A stretch of DNA of 64,000 nucleotides, from NCBI GenBank assembly GCA_977017575.1, contig CDRNVI010000050.1, forward strand, positions 41,506-105,505, given 5' to 3'. Positions 57,761 to 64,000 of this stretch are shown piece by piece. The position numbers and the translations under genes were made by a program. This DNA is from Paramoeba atlantica. Its lineage: Eukaryota > Protista > Discosea. The notes beneath the pieces were generated by a model. The model did not search any database. It had not been told where the DNA came from and was given only the letters and a program-made list of their open reading frames with translations. Positions within the stretch are counted from its first letter, which is position 1; each line of letters begins with the position of its first letter.

Positions 57761-57975
57761 TCAGGGAACCAGCCCCCCTACCCGGCTTACACCTCTTGGG
57801 TGAGCCGTGTTGACGTACAGTTCGTCGACGCAGCGTGTTGGCAACAGCATGTTGGTGCCGCCTTGGACAAGCGGAAACTGGTAGAGGACGTCGGCTTCGG
57901 AACTTCCAAATCTGTCTGTGAAGGGCCTGGCTTGCCAGTGACCATCCGGAGCAATCCGGAACGATTCGGATTTTT
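57761..57975 (+). mobile_element. SINE 3' half (diverged copy)
   Basis: Colinear with 63.56-63.79 kb; ends ccggagcaatccggaacgattcgga plus a T-run; no TSD found. Confidence 0.8.
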
Positions 57976-57989
57976 TTTTTTTGCGATGA

Positions 57990-58803
57990 TTTCTTAAGGA
58001 TTTCGTTGAGAATAATTTGGGCTCCTCAGGTGGACCTCTCCGGGCGGAAACCATATTGATTTTCGCGTAGAACTCGCTCGGTCGAGGGCCGAATACGATT
58101 TAAAATCATACCGTTAATTATCTTGAGGATAACGTTGACAAGCCATATTGGCCATGCTGTTTTGTTCCATGCCGTTTTGTTGACACCAGCGGCTATACTC
58201 AAATTAGCTTTGGATGCTTCAGCAGCGACGCTGTCAACCATCCTTTCTAATGAACGTTTGGAGTCGGAAAACAGGATCGAATCATCAGCGTAATCAATAT
58301 CAGTCACTCGTATTGATTTATATCCACGTTTTCTGGTTCCGGTGGAGCTCAGCGTTAGTCCATCATCTTTATGTTTCAATGCCGCGTGAAGGATGCGATC
58401 GAGAACCATGATAAATAAATACGGAGCCAGTACATCCCCTTGCAAAATACCCGAGGTAATAGGAAAGGAGCTGGTTTTCCCAAACGGGGTACGTACAATC
58501 TAAACCCATCCTCTAAACCCTCGTAGGCCGACATTGCAAGGGTTGTCATTCGATGTCCTACGTGGAACGAATGTAACGCTGCCCTGATAGATGAGTGTGA
58601 AAGCGATGGAAAGGCACTCGCGAAGTCGATGAAAGCAATCATGACATTTTCATGACTTCGATTCCGTCTTGATTTCGTGAGGATTTCGTTGAGAATAATT
58701 TGGGCTCCACAGGTGGACTTCTCCGGGCGGAAACCATATTGATTTTCGCGTAGAATTCGCTCGGTCGAGGGCCGAATACGATTTAAAATCATACCGTTAA
58801 TTA
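57990..58803 (-). pseudogene. Rearranged RT fragment of a third LINE family member
   Basis: ENQYGFRPEKST, FIDFASAFPS, QGDVLAPYLF, DIDYADD; the ~110-bp MILNRIRP...GAQIILNE segment occurs twice (~58000-58115 and 58680-58800). Confidence 0.85.
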
Positions 58804-61667
58804 GCTCAAAACAACGGGTTTAACTAAACCTTTGTTTTTTTGAACATTTTCAAAAATATGGCGGAGGCGCCCGGGCCTGCACAGCTAGGAATTATTAACC
58901 TTCTGTTTAGGTCCACGTTAGGTCGGGGTGCTCTGTTTGACCCGATGTTGGTGTCAGACGGGCATGCTAAACTTCGCTCCCTTGCAGTGATGAGCATTAG
59001 TAAAATTATTCGCCCAGGTTACAACATCGCACTCTGCTGGAGATACGCGAGCAGTGCGGAGTTTCGGATTTGGAAGGGCACTGTAACTCAACGAAGGCCT
59101 GGTTTCCTCTTTCAGCTAGGTCGCTGGCGGGTAAAGTACCACCAGCGATCGGAAACGCTTCCCTTTCCGCCGTATGATTCGCGAATCGTGTTATGCGGAG
59201 CACGCATTCGAAAACCTGGGCGTTCGAACAACCGTAGAAAAGCACGGAAAACTAGGGTACTGTGTGGCAAGCATGCCCTACGCGACGACGACCCGAAAGG
59301 GTCTGCTGTGAAGAAGTGTCTGGCTGTAGGCACTCTTAATACGACATCATTGAAACTTGAAGGTGACGACGTTTTCAAACTGAAAGCTTCTGCTCGATTG
59401 CACGAGATTGTGCGATACATGTCACAAACCAACTTGCATATACTGGCTCTCCAGGGGACAAGGTTTACTTTTACTTCTGGCGAAGGATTTGATATTTTAA
59501 AGCGCAAGCTTCGACACGGGAATAAAATCTTTTTCATCTACCTTATGTCTGCAGTGAAAGGGTATAACGGTATGGGGTTCATCACGCAAGAGCCAATAAA
59601 GGCGTGGAAAGTAAATGATAGGATAATTGCCGGCGAGTTCAACATCGAAGGAGGGTCAGCCTTTATGCTCAACGCATATGGGCCGACGCGTGACTCCCCA
59701 GAGGAGGCCAAACAAGAGTTTGATATTTCTTTGACAAACGCGTTTCACGAAGCAGTAGGCAAAGCCCCTCGAAGACCCGCACTTCTACTTGGGGACTTAA
59801 ATGCACCTCTCACTTTCGGCAAAACGACAGAAGAAGACGAACTTGTTGTTGAAAGGTTGAAGGGGCTTTTGGAAGGGATAGATTTCAAATCAGGACACTC
59901 CTTATGCCCTAGCAAGCGAGTATGGACATGCATATTGCCTAATGATGCTAAACGCCAGTTGGATCACATTGCAGTGTGCCCACGCTTTGCATCAGCTCTG
60001 CGACATCATCAAGTTTTTGCCGCTCCTACGCCGACAGTGCACTTTCTTGTGCGAGCAGAGATTCGAATCAAATGGAAGATATCGTCCAACATCAAAAGAT
60101 CGAAAATACACTGGTTTCAATTATCAAACACAGAACATGCAGAGAAGTTTAACAACAGAATTTGTGAACAGGTCGCAGCGCAACTGCATACAGAAGATCT
60201 TCCTTCCTGGGATCTTCTTGCCTCTTGCCTTCGATCTTCGGGAAAGGAAATTCCGAAACCAATCACAAAAATATCTCTTGATATACAGGCACCTGTTGAA
60301 GGATTGCAAGGTGCTGAAACAGATAACCTACGCAACATTTTCATGCAAAGCAAAAGGTATAAGGACTTTAATGAACTAGTATCACACAACAGGGGAGCAA
60401 TCGAGGATGCTATAACTAGGTCTTGTGAAGTCCTAGAATCTAAGATGAAGAAAAATCACGCCAGCCCATGGAGAGCAGTAAAAGAAATATGTGGAGTTGA
60501 TCGAGAAGACTTCAACATACCGGGGACCTCAAACAGACAGAGGCTGGCGGAGATAAAAACGTTTTTTGAAGCTTTTGCTGGAGACACAGGGGGCGACGAC
60601 AATATAAGATTCTTAGAGGCGAATCTTCCAACAAACACACCTGAGGACGCCCCTTTCACTGAGGAAGAGCTTCGAAGCGGAATTTCACACTTTGGGGGGG
60701 GTAAGGCACCGGGAAAGGATGAAATCCCCATGGAGGCTTTTGCGTGCATCGTTGATAATGATTATCTTAGAAAGTGGTTGCTCAGCATTATCAACCGGGT
60801 TTACGATACGGGATTGGCTCCGGAAGTTTGGGGTGACGTCCTATAAGTTCCGATACCGAAGAAAGGTGACTTGACTCTTTTAAAGAATTGGAGGCCCATA
60901 TGCTTAGTAAATTGTGTTGTTAAACTTATGAACTGTTTAATATTACAACGAATTCGTCCGTATGTAGAGCCTGTGCTTCGCCATAATCAATGTGGGTTCA
61001 GACCTGACCGTTCGACAATGCAAGCCCAGGCGATTCTCAACGAAGCACGAGTAAAAGCATTAAGAGGAAACGGGATGTGCATTGGTTTTGTAGATTTTTC
61101 GAAAGCTTTTCCATCCGTTTTATTTAGTGCCATTCATGCATCCCTAGTGGCGTTTCACATTGGACCGAAATTGCGAGAAATGATTATGTCAGTATGTCGG
61201 AATATGCGAGGGGTCGTGCGAACATCATATGGTTTAACAGAAACATTCCCCATTACAACCGGCATTCTTCAAGGGGATGTCCTCGCTCCCTACCTCTTCG
61301 TAATGGTTCTGGATCGTATATTAAGCAAAGCTATTGATTCAAAATCCCATGGCATCCTTCTATCACCCAAAGGTACCAAGAGCAGAGGCCTGAGGGAAAC
61401 ACGTCTTACGGATCTAAATTATGCTGATGATCTTCTTTTCTTTTCAGATAACAAGGCTGATCTACAGAGTATGATTGAGGATACAGCGGAACAAGCCCTC
61501 TCCGCGAACCTAAGAATAGCAGTAGGCCCTGCTAAAACAGCGTGGATGCAACTAGGAAGGCAACGAGGCCCCGATGAAATGATATCTGATCCTTTGGGGA
61601 CGGTGCTCAAAGTACTTTCCTATAGGTATCTGGGAAATCTTTTCCATGAAACTGAACCATTGGCATG

Positions 61668-62186
61668 AGTACATGAGGTGGCGGAGTGGCAAGAACTCAA
61701 AGTTTGAAGCACATGGTGCCCAGACGGCGAGTTCAAACCCACTCATCGCAATATCCCCGGCGGCCTCACTCTAAGAGGCTGGGCTGATAACCGACTAGGC
61801 CCAGTACTCGGAGGACCGTCCCGGACCCTCCCCTCAGGGAACCAGCTCCCTTAGTACGGAGGTGGCGGAGTGGCAAGAACTCAAAGTTTGAAGCACATGG
61901 TGCCCAGACGGCGAGTTCAAACCCACTCATCGCAATATCCCCGGCGGCCTCACTCTAAGAGGCTGGGCTGATAACCGACTAGGCCCAGTACTCGGAGGAC
62001 CGTCCCGGACCCTCCCCTCAGGGAACCAGCTCCCTTACCCGGCTTACACCTCTTGGGTAAGCCGTGTTGACGTACAGTTCGTCGGAACTTCCAAATCCGT
62101 CCTCGGAACTTCCAAATCTGTCTGTGAAGGGTCTGGCTTGCCAGTGACCATCCGGAGCAATCCGGAATGATTTGGATTTGGATTTG
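61668..62186 (+). mobile_element. tRNA-headed SINE (duplicated head, internal deletion) with 14-bp TSD
   Basis: GAACCATTGGCATG at 61654-61667 and 62187-62200; heads at 61675 and 61858 with A box TGGCGGAGTGG and B box GAGTTCAAACC; tail (GATTTG)x3. Confidence 0.85.
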
Positions 62187-62264
62187 GAACCATTGGCATG
62201 TATTAGGGACAGGTTGCGACTTACGTGGGCAGGTTTCTCAAAATTTCGGGGCATATGGGTATCG

Positions 62265-62660
62265 GATTTTCCGGATTGCTCCGGAGATAAAGAACTCCGG
62301 ATGGTCACTGGCGAGCCAGACCCTTCACAGACAGATTTGGAAGTTCCGAGGCCGACGTCCTCTACCAGTTTCCGCTTGTCCAAGGCGGCACCAACGTGCT
62401 GTTGCCAACACGCTGCTGGGACGAACTGCACGTCAACACGGCTCACCCAAGAGGGGTAAGCCGGGTAAGGGAGCTGGTTCCCTGAGGGGGGGGGTCCGGG
62501 ACGGTCCTCCGAGTACTGGGCCTATTCGGTTCTCAGCCCAGCCTCTTAGAGTGAGGCCGCCGGGAATATTGCGATGAGCGGGTTTGAACTCGCCGTCTGA
62601 GCACCATGTGCTTCAAACTTTGAATTCTTGCCACTCCGCCACCTCCGCCGCTATCCCCCG
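62265..62660 (-). mobile_element. Full-length tRNA-headed SINE (~396 bp) with 12-bp TSD
   Basis: ATATGGGTATCG at 62253-62264 and 62661-62672; cloverleaf-like head GCGGAGG...TCATCGCA; 3' TCCGGA-GCAA-TCCGGA hairpin. Confidence 0.88.
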
Positions 62661-62745
62661 ATATGGGTATCGCCCTTGAGCGTCAAGACAAAACTTCGTT
62701 TTTCGATGCCCTCGTATACCCTATCCTAAATTACAACTCGGGCAC

Positions 62746-64000
62746 ATGTCGGAATATGCGAGGGGTCGTGCGAACATCATATGGTTTAACAGAAACATTC
62801 CCCATTACAACCGGCATTCTTCAAGGGGATGTCCTCGCTCCCTACCTCTTCGTAATGGTTCTGGATCGTATATTAAGCAAAGCTATTGATTCAAAATCCC
62901 ATGGCATCCTTCTATCACCCAAAGGTACCAAGAGCAGAGGCCTGAGGGAAACACGTCTTACGGATCTAAATTATGCTGATGATCTTCTTTTCTTTTCAGA
63001 TAACAAGGCTGATCTACAGAGTATGATTGAAGATACAGCGGAACAAGCCCTCTCCGCGAACCTAAGAATAGCAGTAGGCCCTGCTAAAACAGCGTGGATG
63101 CAACTAGGAAGGCAACGAGGCCCCGATGAAATGATATCTGATCCTTTGGGGACGGTGCTCAAAGTACTTTCCTATAGGTATCTGGGAAATCTTTTCCATG
63201 AAACTGAACCATTGGCATGAGTACATGAGGTGGCGGAGTGGCAAGAACTCAAAGTTTGAAGCACATGGTGCCCAGACGGCGAGTTCAAACCCACTCATCG
63301 CAATATCCCCGGCGGCCTCACTCTAAGAGGCTGGGCTGATAACCGACTAGGCCCAGTACTCGGAGGACCGTCCCGGACCCTCCCCTCAGGGAACCAGCTC
63401 CCTTAGTACGGAGGTGGCGGAGTGGCAAGAACTCAAAGTTTGAAGCACATGGTGCCCAGACGGCGAGTTCAAACCCACTCATCGCAATATCCCCGGCGGC
63501 CTCACTCTAAGAGGCTGGGCTGATAACCGACTAGGCCCAGTACTCGGAGGACCGTCCCGGACCATCCCCTCAGGGAACCAGCTCCCTTACCCGGCTTACA
63601 CCTTTTGGGTAAGCCGTGTTGACGTACAGTTCGTCCCAGCAGCGTGTTGGCAACAGCACGTTGGTGCCGCCTTGGACAAGCGGAAACTGGTAGAGGACGT
63701 CGGCCTCGGAACTTCCAAATCTGTCTGTGAAGGGTCTGGCTTGCCAGTGACCATCCGGAGTTCTTTATCTCCGGAGCAATCCGGAAAATCCGATACCCAT
63801 ATGCCCCGAAATTTTGAGAAACCTGCCCACGTAAGTCGCAACCTGTCCCTAATACATGCCAATGGTTCCAAATCCAAATCCAAATCATTCCGGATTGCTC
63901 CGGATGGTCACTGGCAAGCCAGACCCTTCACAGACAGATTTGGAAGTTCCGAGGACGGATTTGGAAGTTCCGACGAACTGTACGTCAACACGGCTTACCC
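62746..64000. repeat. Duplication of 61194 onward (offset 1552) whose right part is inverted relative to the first copy
   Basis: 62746-~63630 repeats 61194-~62080; 63796-64000 is the reverse complement of ~62055-62264. Confidence 0.9.

Larger units (their letters stand above)
58858..62745 (+). mobile_element. Second LINE (N-domain, APE, RT), inactivated by an in-frame stop and two SINE insertions; 3' end missing
   Basis: Colinear with ORF 35977-40569; TAA at 60844-60846 in DVL*VPIPKKGDL; RT resumes as EPLACIRDRLRLTW (62187-62264) and IWVSPLSVKTKLRF (62661 onward). Confidence 0.9.

Noticed and set aside
61750-61850. HDV-like ribozyme in the SINE body (by analogy with L1Tc/ingi)
   Set aside because: Only simple hairpins (GCCTC/GAGGC, CTGGGC/GCCCAG); the nested double pseudoknot could not be built.

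Overview
Eukaryotic, intron-less, repeat-rich DNA, most likely a kinetoplastid. This is inferred from the trypanosomatid-like mevalonate kinase and HSP100, co-oriented + strand genes and pyrimidine tracts before start codons; a Perkinsela-like lineage is only a guess from the LRR family. Bases 1-24.2 kb hold housekeeping genes (four LRR genes, UPF2, HSP100/ClpB, an EB1-like gene and a mevalonate kinase with large low-complexity insertions), separated by nested MITE-like elements and a CRE-like retroposon remnant. Bases 24.2-64 kb are a transposon nest. It contains many copies of a ~0.9 kb long-hairpin repeat and a decayed Helitron (HUH Rep + PIF1 helicase). The Helitron is split by a 13.6 kb insertion bounded by an 11-bp target-site duplication. 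That insertion reads, on the minus strand: a full-length 7SL/SRP RNA, ~483 copies of an 18-bp repeat, an intact APE-RT-RNase H LINE ORF, a GCAA-loop hairpin and a (GGATA)n tail. Further right are a CRE-like RT-RLE remnant, a decayed IS30-family transposase, two more LINE relics, and several copies of a ~400 bp tRNA-headed SINE with 11-14 bp TSDs. The SINE ends in a GCAA-loop hairpin and (GGATT[T])n tail that mirror the LINE 3' end. The best candidate new system is this LINE / Pol III RNA partnership (7SL-headed LINE plus tRNA-derived SINE). All family calls come from motif recognition by eye; no searches were run.
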